Assembly: GCA_964016885.1 (NCBI GenBank)
Contig: OZ024753.1
Location: 21,700,001 to 21,764,000 of the forward strand
Reading direction: 5' to 3'
DNA length: 64,000 nucleotides
Source of the DNA: Eledone cirrhosa
Taxonomy: Eukaryota
The notes under the pieces are model-generated. The model was not told the DNA's origin. It saw only the letters and a list, made by a program, of their open reading frames with translations, and searched no databases. Shown here piece by piece: positions 37,593 through 51,401 of this stretch (positions within the stretch are counted from its first letter, which is position 1; the number at the start of each line of letters is the position of its first letter). The position numbers and the translations under genes were made by a program.

Positions 37593-37690
37593 CAATAAAC
37601 GAAGCTAAATTTTAAACATTTGACTTTTTATTTAACTTTATTTTATATATATATATATATACACATACATGTATATATATACACACAGAA

Positions 37691-37761
<71 letters not shown>

Positions 37762-37902
37762 AATGTATATATATATACACACACAAATGTATATATACAC
37801 ACACCTGTATATATATATACAAACAAATATATATATATATATACACACACGTATATATATACGTATGCACACCTGTATATATATATATACATATATACCT
37901 AC

Positions 37903-37973
<71 letters not shown>

Positions 37974-38236
37974 GTTATGCAAGAAATGCTTAGGATTATC
38001 CTGAATGCAGTAATGGTTAATTACTACACTAGATAGAGTAGACGTACGGTGAGGGGTTACTCAACGAGTTATGGACGAATAGTTGGAAAACTCACTTTCT
38101 GATCCTTCTGTATTCCGGAGTGTAGATAAAGAATGAATAATATCAGGTAGACACCATAAATAGGTAATTTATTCCGAGTGCTGACAAATGTTTTAACGGT
38201 GCTAATACAGCCTAGTCATATATATATATACATGTG

Positions 38237-38281
<45 letters not shown>

Positions 38282-38284
38282 GTG

Positions 38285-38316
<32 letters not shown>

Positions 38317-38318
38317 CA

Positions 38319-38356
<38 letters not shown>

Positions 38357-38568
38357 CATGTGTATATATATATATATATACATGTGGGTATATATAAACA
38401 TACATGTGTGTATATATATATATATACATACATGTTTGTGTATATATACATGTGTGTATATATATATACATGTGTGTATATATATACATACATGTGTGTA
38501 TATATATACCTGTATATATATATACTCATATACGTGTGTATATGTATATATATGTATGTATATATAAT

Positions 38569-38749
38569 AATAATTGTTTCTACTTTTGGCACAAGGCCAA
38601 CAATTACTGGTACTTTATTTTATCGACCCTGTAAGGATGAAAGGCAAAGTCAATCTCGGCAGGATTTGAACTCAGATCGTAAAGGGACGTAACTCTTTGC
38701 GTCAAAGCATGGCGTCCGATCCTCTACTGATACTGCCAATCCACCGCCC
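38569..38749 (-). mobile_element. tRNA-derived SINE with Meta/MESC-like core
   Basis: Reverse complement of the 44181 family; B box gagttcaaatcc. Confidence 0.8.
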
Positions 38750-38945
38750 TCCGTGTATATATAATAATAATAATAATATTATTTATACTTATATATGAGT
38801 TATATACAATTATAAATATGAAAGGGTAGTATTAAGCACTACCTAATTACCAGTAATAGAAAAAGCTCAATGTAAATTATATGCTGTATTACACAGCAGA
38901 GATACAAGACATAAAACAATCAAATTTGTGCTTAATATATTTAAT

Positions 38946-38992
38946 TGCTGACGATCGTTTCTTCCAGACAATTGTCTGGATTCATCGGAGCA
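38946..38992 (-). ncRNA. Hammerhead ribozyme with U4C core change
   Basis: Stem I tgct/agca; CCGATGA; stem II tccagac-aatt-gtctgga; GAAA; palindrome CGATCG; GUC triplet. Confidence 0.7.
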
Positions 38993-39125
38993 TTCACAAT
39001 GTTCTAACAGGTACTAATAATCTTAGTCTTCGGAACATTCATTAAGATACATTACTATTGACAGTGCCAGTGACATCATATTGAAAAGCAAGAGTGACAA
39101 AATGATATTATGTTATACTGCTAGT

Positions 39126-39318
39126 AGGGCGGTGGATTGGCAGTATCGGTAGAGGGTCGGACGCCATGCTTTGATGCATATAGTTACGGCCCTTGTCATT
39201 CTGAGTTCAAACCCCGCCGAGGTTGACTTTGCGTTTCATCCTTACGGGATCGATAAAATAAAGTACCAGTAATGTACTGGGTAATTGGTGGCCTTGTGCC
39301 AGAAGTAGAAACAATTAT
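39126..39318 (+). mobile_element. tRNA-derived SINE with Meta/MESC-like core
   Basis: gggcggtggattggcagtatcggtag head, B box gagttcaaaccc, tttcatccttacggg.tcgataaaat core. Confidence 0.8.
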
Positions 39319-39504
39319 GTTATACAGCTATCAAAGTATTAGGAGCTGTTGTTAAGAGGTTATTACATAAAGTGAAAATAGTGAGCCTATTATATAGAAT
39401 GTTATTGAGGTAATTCAGGTGTAAAAAGATATCAAATAAAAAGGTGTTACAGAAGAAAGGTAAAAGATATTATAACATTGACAAATTTAATAGTCTATAT
39501 TTTG

Positions 39505-39570
<66 letters not shown>

Positions 39571-39651
39571 CATGTGTGTATATATAATCATGTGTGTGTA
39601 TATATATGCATGCATATATTTATATATATGTATGCATATATTTATATATAT

Positions 39652-40200
39652 ATATTGTTATACTTTGCGAGGGTCATGTTGCCAATAAGAAACACACGCA
39701 CCAGTTGCTTTCGCTCCAATTTATTATAAATTAAATTTATAAATTTATAAATTTCCGGTTGGCTGGTTCCCCAACCGGACGGTTGTTCATTTATTGTCAA
39801 TGTTCTTTCGTCACACATTCTGTGACCTCTTCGGTGACTGGGGATTCTTTTCTTTGTTTTGTGCCTCTCCTTTGTTCTGTCCTACGCCATCTTGTTTTTG
39901 CTGTGTGTGTTTTTATTTGTTTATTTATTTGTTTATTTATATGTTACTGGTTGGTTGTTTGTTCTATGTGAGTGTGTGTTTTCATTTTGTCCTTAATTGT
40001 AAGTTGTGATGTTGCTATTCGATTCATGTTTTCTATTTCATTTTGGTTGGAGTTCATTTATGTTTATTGCTTCTGTGATTTGTCTAAACATTGCGTCTTT
40101 TCTGTGTGTAGATTATATTTTTATTTCTATGCTCTCTAATTTGCCTTTAAGTTCTATTTTAGCATCTTGGTGGGGTATTGATGATTCTTTTTTATCCCCC
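39652..40200 (-). mobile_element. PLE 3' remnant with degenerate hammerhead (39796-39838)
   Basis: Homologous to the 16969 element; core CCGAAGA and cleavage site mutated. Confidence 0.6.
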
Positions 40201-40899
40201 CCCCCCTGACACACACATAACAACAAGAACAACAAACGAGATTTGACAGTATCTAGATCATGGTAAAATGTTATTCAAGTTGAAACTTGAAATGCACCCC
40301 CACGTCAGTGACCACAATAACAGTCGATCATTGTAAATAAGGAAGTCGAGCGAAATACTTCCGGAGACGGAAGTTATAAAAGATTGTAGAAGATTGCGCC
40401 ATTGGACAACTCATAAATCTCTATTAATATTGTTTTTAAGTAATCATGTTTAGAGTTATATATCAGTTATCCGAACAACCCATCACATTCGTATAATCGA
40501 ACATCAGCCGTGTATAAAATAAATTAATTAGTACTCGATATTTCTTAATTCTATAAAGAAGCAACATTTATGAAAAGTTTAATGTATCACGTTTGTCATA
40601 GATTTATCTCCATCTTCGTTTTCTGTCCATTCAGTAGATGACAAGGGAGACCACTGACGTCGGAGATAATAAAATATTAATTTGATGTTTGATAATAATG
40701 GTTGAAATTTAATTTTAATGGGATATTTTTCTGTAGGGACTTAAAAGTGCAACTCAGTCATTATTATGGTGGATTTAATAACGGATAATGTCCGTTGAGT
40801 TATTAGTTAGTAATGAGTTGGAAATATAGATAAATGGTGTCCGAGAAGGAAATAGAGACAAACAAGAGAGAAGTGGGAAGGTAGAGGGAGAGAGAGAGA

Positions 40900-40961
<62 letters not shown>

Positions 40962-41075
40962 GCGGGGAAAAGTTAAATGTTGATTAGATCAGGTCTGCTT
41001 GATTTAATGCCCCGAAATGAGGCATGTAATGTGTTAGAAACCTGTCCAGTCTCATTAATGGAAAAAATTGATTGC

Positions 41076-41162
<87 letters not shown>

Positions 41163-41274
41163 TTGTGTGTGTGTGTATATTTGTAATCTGAGTTTTTCGA
41201 ATATTGATAATAATATTTGATTCGTTTGCAATTATGCAAACACCCTCTTATATATATATATATAATATATATTT

Positions 41275-41850
41275 ATATTGTTATACTTGGGGAGGGTCAT
41301 ATTGTTGGTCCTCAATGTTGCCATTGACTGACCAACGGTACGATAAAAAATACAGATATAATATAGATATAAACACATATATAGAGTCTAACAAAGTTCT
41401 TTCGTTGCACATCTGCAACATCATCAGTGGTACTATTATGTTTACTCCTATTGTATTGTAATGTCTACGCCATTTTTATTTATTTATTCTTGTCTCCGTC
41501 TCTGTGCATGCGTTTGCGTGTGTGTATAATGTTTCATGTGTGTGTGTTCGCGTTTGAGTGTATATGTTTTTGGTTATTGTATTCTATCTTTGTTTACTAG
41601 TGTGTGTTTATATGTGTTTGTTGTTATTGTACTTGTGTGTATATTTATTTATTTATTTATATTTCCCTTAGGTCAGTATTGTTTGTTTGGGTGTTGTTGT
41701 TGTTGTTATTCCATTCATTTTTTTCTGTTTAACTTTGGCCTTCTAAGTTCTATTTCACTTGCCTCTCTGATTTGCCTACATGTTGAGTCATTTCTATGTT
41801 TAGATATTATTTTAATTTCTATGTTGTCTATATTACCGTCATGTTGTTGT
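41275..41850 (-). mobile_element. PLE 3' remnant, same terminus family
   Basis: attgttatacttggggagggtcat terminus; shares blocks with 1990-2220 and 39652-40200. Confidence 0.55.
41389..41432 (-). ncRNA. Hammerhead ribozyme with 1-nt insertion before stem II
   Basis: CTGATGA-t; stem II gttgca-gatg-tgcaac; GAAA-GAAC-UU; stem I tacca/tgtta with one mismatch. Confidence 0.7.
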
Positions 41851-41960
41851 CTGGCGTGTTCCTATAGTACTGAACCGTTTTTTTTTGTCAGTACTATACG
41901 GACACGCCAGACAAAGACATTTTGGTTTTATAAAGATATTTTCCATTTATTAATATTATT

Positions 41961-42012
<52 letters not shown>

Positions 42013-42069
42013 CAGTCTATCTACAAGATCGCAGACCTCATTCGCTCAACGAGTGGGGTGGAGCTCGTC

Positions 42070-42258
42070 TAATCGGACTCGGGGAACAATGTTTCTGTTG
42101 GTTTTTCCAATCGCTATTACTATCCATCGGTCGCTAGACCAGGCAGAAGGAGCAACGTAAAATAAAGTGTCTTGCTCAAGGACATAATGCATCGCCCGGT
42201 CTGGGAATCGAAATCCCTACCTCACGGTTGCTCATCTAATTCTCTAACCACTCAGCCA
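42070..42258 (-). mobile_element. tRNA-derived SINE (same family as 18109)
   Basis: Reverse-complement match including the A and B boxes and ccttgagcaagacac. Confidence 0.75.
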
Positions 42259-42400
42259 AAGCTAAATAGTGAACCTGATAATCCTGTGATAAACAGGGGG
42301 AACTCCAGGGCAACAGGACTCTCTATTTAGCCTTACTAAAATAATACTTAATCTCTAGTTGGGTATTGAGTACTCTTTTCTCTCAACCGTCAACTACATA

Positions 42401-42525
<125 letters not shown>

Positions 42526-43073
42526 CGAGAGAGAAGCAAAGATGTGATGGTAGTCTGCGTTGGTGAAATATATTTATTTCAGATGAAATGTCAAGTTGGA
42601 AAACATCAGTATCATAGAATGCCGACGCCGCACGAACTGTATTTTCTAAGATGAAACACTTGTTAATGACATTACACTGATCTCAGCGTCAGAGCAGCCG
42701 AAATGGTGTGAATTACTGTATTTAGTTGAGGTTGGGTGATACAAGATTTTGAGAGAATTTGATTCACTGTCATTCCTCCTTCTTTATTTCTACAGGAAAA
42801 CATTCTTATGTAATTATCGTTACAGTTATACACCCCAGCTTGTGAACATACTTGAATCAATCAGCTCTACTCCTACCGCTACAAATATGTGGTAACCACT
42901 TAAATGGACATTCGTGCTCGAAATTTGGGGTCATGTATCACACATTTGTGGCTACTGCCCACGTTGCATGTATGTTTTGAGAGTTTAGGTCAGAGATAGA
43001 CTTCCGGTGTCCTGGCACCACCTGACTGCTCACCACCATCGACACAGAGTTGGTGACCCGCAGGGGTGAGCCT

Positions 43074-43315
43074 CGCGTAAGTTTATGTGGCTTTATATGA
43101 CAGGTAAGTTAATGTGGCATTATATGACAGGTAAGTTAATGTAGGTTTATCTGACAGGTAAGTTAATGTGGCATTATATGACAAGTAACTTAATGTGGCA
43201 TTATATGACATGTAAGTTAATGTGGCATTATGACAGGTAACTTAATGTGGCATTATATGACAGGTAAGTTAATGTGGCATTATGACAGGTAACTTATATG
43301 ACAAGTTAATGTGGC
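43074..43315. repeat. 27-bp minisatellite, about 9 copies
   Basis: Unit caggtaagttaatgtggcattatatga. Confidence 0.9.
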
Positions 43316-43452
43316 CTTTCAACGTGAAGAAGGTTTCCTAGGTCTGGTGTAGGAAACAGTGGAACAACGTTGATCTGATGTGAACCAGGAAACTTCTTAT
43401 CTTTCTAGCATCTTTATACAATAGATCCTCTCTTCTAATCCCAGCTAACCTT

Positions 43453-43560
43453 CCACACCACCACCCTCCTATGTCCAGCCACACCACCACCCTCCTCTGT
43501 CCAGCCACACCACCACCCTCCTCTGTCCAGCCACACCACCGCTATCCTTTGTCCAACCAC
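43453..43560. repeat. 26-bp minisatellite, about 4 copies
   Basis: Unit ccacaccaccaccctcctctgtccag. Confidence 0.85.
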
Positions 43561-43860
43561 CTCTTCTCCCATCCATACCGCCACCCTCCTCTCTCTAGCA
43601 ATATTTAATGTCCATCCCTGACCACCCCACCCTCTCCATCCGTGACCACCACATCTCCATAGTTAATATTATAGAGACAGTAATTACAGGTTAATTACGT
43701 TCCCTTTCATCGCGTTCTTCTCTCCTAATTAAGTGTACTTTGTCTTGATCCGATTATCACAGATTCTCTCTCATCTCCGCCATTTTTCACACAATTACTT
43801 TCATTGTTTCTCTGTTTTCCTTACATCGGCGATTCTGGGAAATAAAACTTCCTACCCGGG

Positions 43861-44028
43861 AGGGTGGCGTGTGTAGCTGTGTCAGGAGGTGGGGTGTGTA
43901 GCTGTGTCAGGGGGTGGCGTGTGTAGCTGTGTCAGGGGGTGGCGTGTGTAGCTGTGTCAGGGGGTGGCGTGTGTAGCTGTGTCAGGGGGTGGCGGGTGTA
44001 GCTGTGTCAGAGGGGTGGCGTGTGTAGC
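43861..44028. repeat. 25-bp minisatellite, 6-7 copies
   Basis: Unit ggggtggcgtgtgtagctgtgtcag. Confidence 0.9.
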
Positions 44029-44180
44029 CGGAGATAGTTGTTTGATGTCTGTAAAGATATTAATGAAGAGGTAAAATATTAATGAGAAGATACATGCGAA
44101 ACTAAATACGATTATGTTTTTAGTCCAATTTGCTACTCTTTCTATAAACTAAGCACACTACCAAATGTTATATTGATTTC

Positions 44181-44372
44181 AGGGCGGTGGATTGGCGGTA
44201 TCGGTAGAGGGTCAGACACCATGCTTTCCATCATAGTTACGTCCCTTTACGATCTGAGTTCAAATCCCGCCGAGGTTGACTTTGCCTTTCATCCTTACGG
44301 GGTCGATAAAATAAAGTACCAGTAATGCACTGGTTAATTTGCTGGCCTTGTGCCTAAAGTAGAAACAGTTAT
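44181..44372 (+). mobile_element. tRNA-derived SINE with Meta/MESC-like core
   Basis: Full head, core and tail as in the other copies. Confidence 0.8.
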
Positions 44373-44717
44373 ATTGATTTCAGGTATTTGTGACATCATC
44401 ACATATGTATGGAATAAATCGTATTGTCGTAGGATTTGAATCCAGTTGTTAGAGCGTCGGACTCGACTCTTGGTGGTGTATATTCTGGCTCTTTTTTTGT
44501 TTTGTTATCTGTTAAAATTAATCCATCTCTCGGTTTAACTACTTGATCTTTGGTTACCTTTTAATAAACTCCACCGGACCATTCCTCGGTTTCAGGATAT
44601 CTTCTTTTGCACTCCCTCCCTCCAGTCTTAGAGGTTCATGGTGACATTTCAATATTGACTTAGCGGTAGATATAGAGTTTGACGAAATATAGGGAGTTTA
44701 CTGACTTCTTCAGACTA

Positions 44718-45390
44718 GATTTGGAGTGTCAGAATCAACAAAGTGATTTTGCAACATGAAAAAAATATTTTGAATCCAGCCTTCTGTTGTCTTATATATA
44801 CAGCACAAGCCAAGAAAAAGATAAAAGGATTGCATAAAAAACAACCTTAAAGATCTACAGTTTGAAGTTAAGAAGTGCTTTAAAGAGAGGTAAATGGAGA
44901 GGACATGTGAAGGAAGGTTGTAGATGTTTGAAGAGAGACCATGAAAAAAACTTAAACATCAGCTTCGAAAAGGCCACAGTATAAACTTCAATAAGAACAT
45001 TGGGAGCTGGATTTGTGAGGTGTGTGGTCGTATACTGCTCTCTAACTCTGGGTACACCACTCATTTAAAATCACTTAAAAAGCCAACTGTATGCAGTTCG
45101 ATCCCTCCAATACTAGGTAGACAACGTGTGTAGTGTGCAAAAAGATCTGCAAATCAATATACCTGGTCTTAAAAGGCATATGAGGGTATATAAGGATGAC
45201 ATCCCACAACTCACCCAATCAATCCAATAGAGGGCACATCTTTTGTCTGTCACATTTGCTGCAGACCGTGGAAATCTAATGCTGGACTTAAAAGCCACCT
45301 AAGAGGCCATGAACGGACGTTTGGAGTTAGTGACAGTTGATGGGGGTGCATAGGGAGACGGCAATCATCCGCAAAGATGAAGCAATCACC
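44718..45390 (+). mobile_element. Decayed RTE-like LINE 3' end with three C2H2-type fingers
   Basis: CEVCGRILLSNSGYTTHLKS, CVVCKKICKS/GLKRHMR and CHICCRPWKSNAGLKSHLRGH; ends in (TA)n. Confidence 0.6.
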
Positions 45391-45391
45391 A

Positions 45392-45425
<34 letters not shown>

Positions 45426-46758
45426 GCAATATATATATATATATATATAATGTTGAATTCAAATGCTACCTGGATCAAATATTTTATATAAAATTCTTTT
45501 TGTCGAAAATATAACTGAATTCTGTACTGAGGTTGATTCAGTTGTATCTATGGCATTTGTGGGTTTGTGTAAATGTAGGAAATACATTTCAGTAGCAGAG
45601 AGAAGCGGTTAAATCGTTGAGATGAGACCGTATGTGATACGGGTTGGAGTTTGATGTTATTTCCTTCCCTCTCTAATATGGGATTCCCTCAATATCACTA
45701 CTTCACGTTTTTTAAGATTTTGTACTAATTAATATATAAAAAAGAAAACATGTCTCATAAATCCTGAGAGAGTCGTAAGTCGCTGTGTTGACGGCGTTTC
45801 TAGGGCATCTCACAACATGGCGGCGCCCCTCTCCACGTCTGAATATAACAGATTTCTTCCAGAGAAGTATAGAGAGTGAGAGAATGGAAATGAGAAAGAC
45901 ATATAGAGAAAATATGTTTTAATTAGTTAGAGCACTATAATTGCAATCCAATCCAGGGCCTTCTCCTGTTGGAGGACTCCATCCGTAGTTGACCTCCATC
46001 GCTTGTTTTCGTCATGTCAGGAGTGTAGCCGTACGCACTACGTTTGACCAATTGGTGTTGGTGAGGCTATTTAACTCCTAGTTGGGGTGGCTGGGCGTTC
46101 ATCTGCCCTTTTAACAGCTCTTGGTTTTTGTGCCGCTGGGGTCTCCACTTACAATCCTCACAGACACGCGACCATGAAACAGGTTGTACTGGGTTACATG
46201 GTAACAGTAGCTGTCAGAAGCCTGACCTGACCTCTATAATAAAGTAACTAAAACACGATACATCATGGTTTTATTTTAACCAATCCTATATCGAGGTGAC
46301 GAATTGATAGAACGTCGGATAGAATGCCTTGCGGTATTTGCTCTGTCTCCCTATGATCAAAAGATAAACCAAGGTGTCCAGTTATCAACTTATATATTTT
46401 CAGGTCTATTTAGGGCGACATTATAAAATGTGCCGTTTTCTTTATTAAGACCTTAGTGTAAGTTGACGGAAAATTCATTTCTATTTTTCTCAAGTCTTAG
46501 GAACGAGGCTGCTGCCAATCTATGTAAAATAAATTCTATCTTCAACAGACAACAAAAACTAAAAACGGAACAAATGGTATAAAATTTTTTAACATAAAAA
46601 TTAAGATCAAAAGAATGGTAAATAAGCTTATCTGTAAAATAAACATTGAACATCACATACACACACATACATTCACACATACATTCACATACATACATAC
46701 ACATACATACACACATACACTCACATACATACACATACATACACATATGTACATGCAT

Positions 46759-47370
46759 ACATGGTGGCTGCCAACTCGTTTTCGAGTATGGCCACTACTT
46801 TATATCCATGTAGGAGAACCCCTACCAATGCGCTGAACGAATGTGACTTTTTAGTCCAGCCAGCGACTTGAAAACTCTGGTACAAACACTACACTTGTGA
46901 CAATTATTGACACATAGTGCTGGGCCAATGGTATCATGTGACGACAAGTGCAGAGAGATCTCCAGATATAAAGCAATGCCTGTGCTGTGAAGCTTTTATA
47001 GTGAGCAAAGGCACTGCACAAAGCCAGTCCCACTCTCTTAACCAAGATGATATTTACCAAAAAGAAGAACAATTCAACATCATTGGATACCATCAGGGTT
47101 GTAGGTGTTATATCAGAGTTTTCCTTCTCCTAGAATTCTGCCTTAACAAAGGCTAAGGGGTCATCTCTCCCGGTGATTTTGGATGGCTATTGACTCTTAA
47201 GAACCCCTTTGCCTTTTGACAGGTTTTGTTTTTAGTCCTGCAGGATGTCCAAAGCCACCCTCCTCACCAAGAAACCTTGGTGGGGTTGCCAGTTTAGTCG
47301 CCAACGACCCGACCATGAGACAGGTTGTACTGGGATACATGTTACCAGTAGCACCAACTGGTGACCTGAC
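46759..47370 (-). mobile_element. Non-autonomous RTE-derived element, copy 2
   Basis: Near-identical to 1319-1897; a related 5' end is at 46165-46233. Confidence 0.55.
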
Positions 47371-47594
47371 ACATGCATACATACACACATATACACACCG
47401 CACACGCACATACACCACACACCCATACACACACACATACTCACACACACACACATACATGCACGCACACGAACACACTCTCTTACTATCTTTCACACTC
47501 ACAGAATTAAATCAGATATATTTATGAAATATTCTGAACGAGAGAGAGATCTAACAAGAATATATTTGAAAAATTGTAAATATTAACTTGACGT

Positions 47595-47837
47595 AGAAAT
47601 ACACAGCCTAGATGTTATATTAACTTAGAAATACACAGCCTAGATGTTATGTTAACTTAGAAATACAGAGCCTAGATGTTATATTAACTTAGAAATACAC
47701 AGCCTAGATGTTATATTAACTTAGAAATACACAGCCTAGATGTTATATTAACTTAGAAATACACAACCTAGATGATATATTAACTTAGAAATACACAGCC
47801 TAGATGTTATATTAACTTAGAAATACAGAGCCTAGAT
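47595..47837. repeat. 32-bp minisatellite, about 7.5 copies
   Basis: Unit agaaatacacagcctagatgttatattaactt. Confidence 0.9.
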
Positions 47838-47964
47838 TGCTTTATTATATTTTCTAAGCTGTAAAAAGAACTCGGAAGGTTGCACATCCAACTACCTCAA
47901 AGCCAGGAACTTTTCAGAATCCTCTCGTACATGACTGAGTTGTGAATCATAAATTCAAATACTT

Positions 47965-48029
47965 GGCCAGGTGATGCTATTACGTTAAACATGGCCTGGG
48001 CCAACACTGGCCGAAACCTACCAAAGTTA
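47965..48029 (+). mobile_element. 3' terminus of a related CR1-group LINE
   Basis: gccaggtg.tgcta....gtta.acatggcctgggccaa.actggcc.aaac....caaagtta matches 31055-31118; abuts (CA)n. Confidence 0.65.
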
Positions 48030-48521
48030 CACACACACACACACGTAGAAAAGCACACCTATGTGTATATAAATGTCTGTGTTGTACATATGTTTGTATG
48101 TGTATTTATATGTGTATATGTATTCGGTTTGGTGCGAGAGCGTTCGGTTTGCTCACCGTGTGTGAGAGCGCTCCCTAGTTCTTGTTAGGATATCATACCA
48201 GGAAGACTGTGATGTAAAACCTGCGACTCGATAGCAGCCAATGATGGTGACCTGTTCTTCATTTTGGTGACCTGTCACCGTTGTTATATATATGCAGGGT
48301 ATCCAAAAATGTATATACAAAGTCTGGGCATTCTAATACATATTGCTTGTGCAGCTAATCAAAGTGTGTATATATAGAGAGACTTTGTAGGAAACTATAC
48401 GAATATAACAGTTGTAGTCCTGTAGAGGTCATTTCTATATAATAGAGGCCTATACTCTACCAACGTATTGAGTACCTTTTTTAATTGTGGTCCCCCCCCC
48501 CGACACTACTCAGGAATCCAC

Positions 48522-48604
<83 letters not shown>

Positions 48605-48770
48605 TGAATGTACGTATCTATGTATGTATATGCATATATGTACGTGTATATAGATATATGTAGATATATGTATATATGTATATAGATATATGTATATGTT
48701 TATAGATATGTAGGTATGTGTTTGTGTATATAAATAACGAATATGACCGGATATTTATCAATATATATAT

Positions 48771-49042
48771 ATGAATGTATGTATAGTATATTTGGCAATA
48801 TACCGTATGTTTAATTAAAAACATTTAGAAGACCATATCAAGACCACACACTCAATTGCCTTTTGCAAGTGTGTGGTCTTGATATACGCTCACAAGCGAG
48901 AAACAGACTGTCGGCCGCTCTCTGTTGTTTTTGCCGAGAAGAAGTGAGATATTCACTACTTTAAAACTGATAGCGAATGGTCTTCTAAATGTGTTTAATT
49001 AAACATACAGTATATTGCCAAATATACTATACATACATTCAT
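48771..49042. repeat. Inverted-repeat element with nested hairpin
   Basis: Arms about 48771-48836/48978-49042; inner hairpin tatcaagaccacacact/agtgtgtggtcttgata. Confidence 0.7.
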
Positions 49043-49094
49043 GTATACATCGCTATTTCAGAGCACCAATACTTATATATATATATATATATAT

Positions 49095-49283
49095 TTGTTT
49101 CTACTTTTGGCACAAAGCCAGCAATTATCCCAGTGCATTACTGGTACTTTATTTCATCGACCCCGTAAGGATGAAAGGCAAAGTTAACCTCGGCGGGATT
49201 TGAACTCAGACCATAAAGGGCCGTAACTCTTTGCTGGAAAGCATGGCGTCCGACCCTCTACCGATACTGCCAATCCACCGCCC
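49095..49283 (-). mobile_element. tRNA-derived SINE with Meta/MESC-like core
   Basis: Reverse complement of the 44181 family. Confidence 0.8.
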
Positions 49284-50587
49284 TTATAAATATATATATA
49301 TAATAAACGAAAGACAGTTACTTTAGTCCATCCCAATTTATTTTATTATACGTATTCCGAAGATGTAAGCCAAAACATGTCCGCTTGAGATAAAATCCAC
49401 TGGAGATGTAGAAATCATTTGAAATGCAGGTGGTCAGACGACCCGTTCAGTTCCGTAGCCGGCAAGCATATGAGATAGAAAACCTCAACACAGAGTGGGA
49501 GAAATATTACAGTTGGTATTGAGGTATTTGAACTGGCAAAAGTATGATGATACCGGATTGGTTAAAAAAGTCAAAACAAGACCGGTAGTCTATTTATTTA
49601 TAACTTATGTTAGATTAAATTAGATGCTATAATAAAAAAAATATATATTCGAAGATGTTAAATTAGTAATGTAACTATATAATAGAGAAAAAGTTATAAA
49701 TTACTAATTTCGTAGACGATTTATCGTAGTTTATGTATACAATTTAATTTAGTAAATATTATGGGAGTGGAAAAAAATATTTAACAATTGGCTTTGCTAA
49801 TTTATAATTGGCTAGGTTATCATTTGATGAGATTAATCAATTGGTTCAAAGGAAAATATGTTTTTGTCGTAAACTAATTAGTTAGAACGAAAATACATGC
49901 CTAATTTGTCAATTTATGTTAACATTAATTCACTTATATACTAATTAAAGTTAAAATAGATGTAAAAGTTATGATGAAGAAATATTATAATACTTATTTA
50001 TTCTATTTAGCTTATTAACGATTTATAAATAAAATAGATTAAAAACTATATATAAGGAAATTTGATATTACTTATTTAATAGTTTATTAAATTTTATTTA
50101 AAATTTAACTAAACTTAGGAAGACAAGAACTCCGACCGTTTATTTATAATTAAATACCTATTATGAATGATGTGGAGAATCTCTGTGGTACAGAGTTCAC
50201 ATCCCTTAGATGCATTTTCATAAGGCAAAGCACGAGAAAGTTTCTGCCAAGAAAGGGAATATTCGATATTATTATTTTTAAGCGGCCAAATCAATTCAGA
50301 GAGAGTCCTACTAAATCTTTTATCTTTTCTTTTAAACGAATGGCGATGGTTATACCACCTTTCTTTAAATTTAGAAGAAGTAGCACCAATATAACTATAA
50401 GATTAAGAATATTAAGACAGTGTCTATTAAAGAGAGGAAACACTATCCTTCCATATTCATATGTACTCATCATATTCACAGAAATCTCTTCCCTCCTCCG
50501 GACATTACAATTGAGATTTAAATAGATATTTATTGTGTTAGCACCAACAGAAACGTCCTTCCAACTCAAATATTATCTCTTATGCAC

Positions 50588-50720
<133 letters not shown>

Positions 50721-50736
50721 GCACGCACGCACGCAT

Positions 50737-51401
<665 letters not shown>

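Larger units (their letters stand above)
31207..37644. mobile_element. Second Naiad-type PLE, inverted pair (5'-truncated minus arm plus full plus arm)
   Basis: Left arm 31207-33358 mirrors the 3' part of right arm 33362-37644; ~100-nt tail on the left arm; (TA)n flanks. Confidence 0.9.

Noticed and set aside
43074-47837. 25-32 bp repeat arrays resembling CRISPR repeats
   Set aside because: Units are head-to-tail with no unique spacers, there are no cas genes, and the context is eukaryotic.
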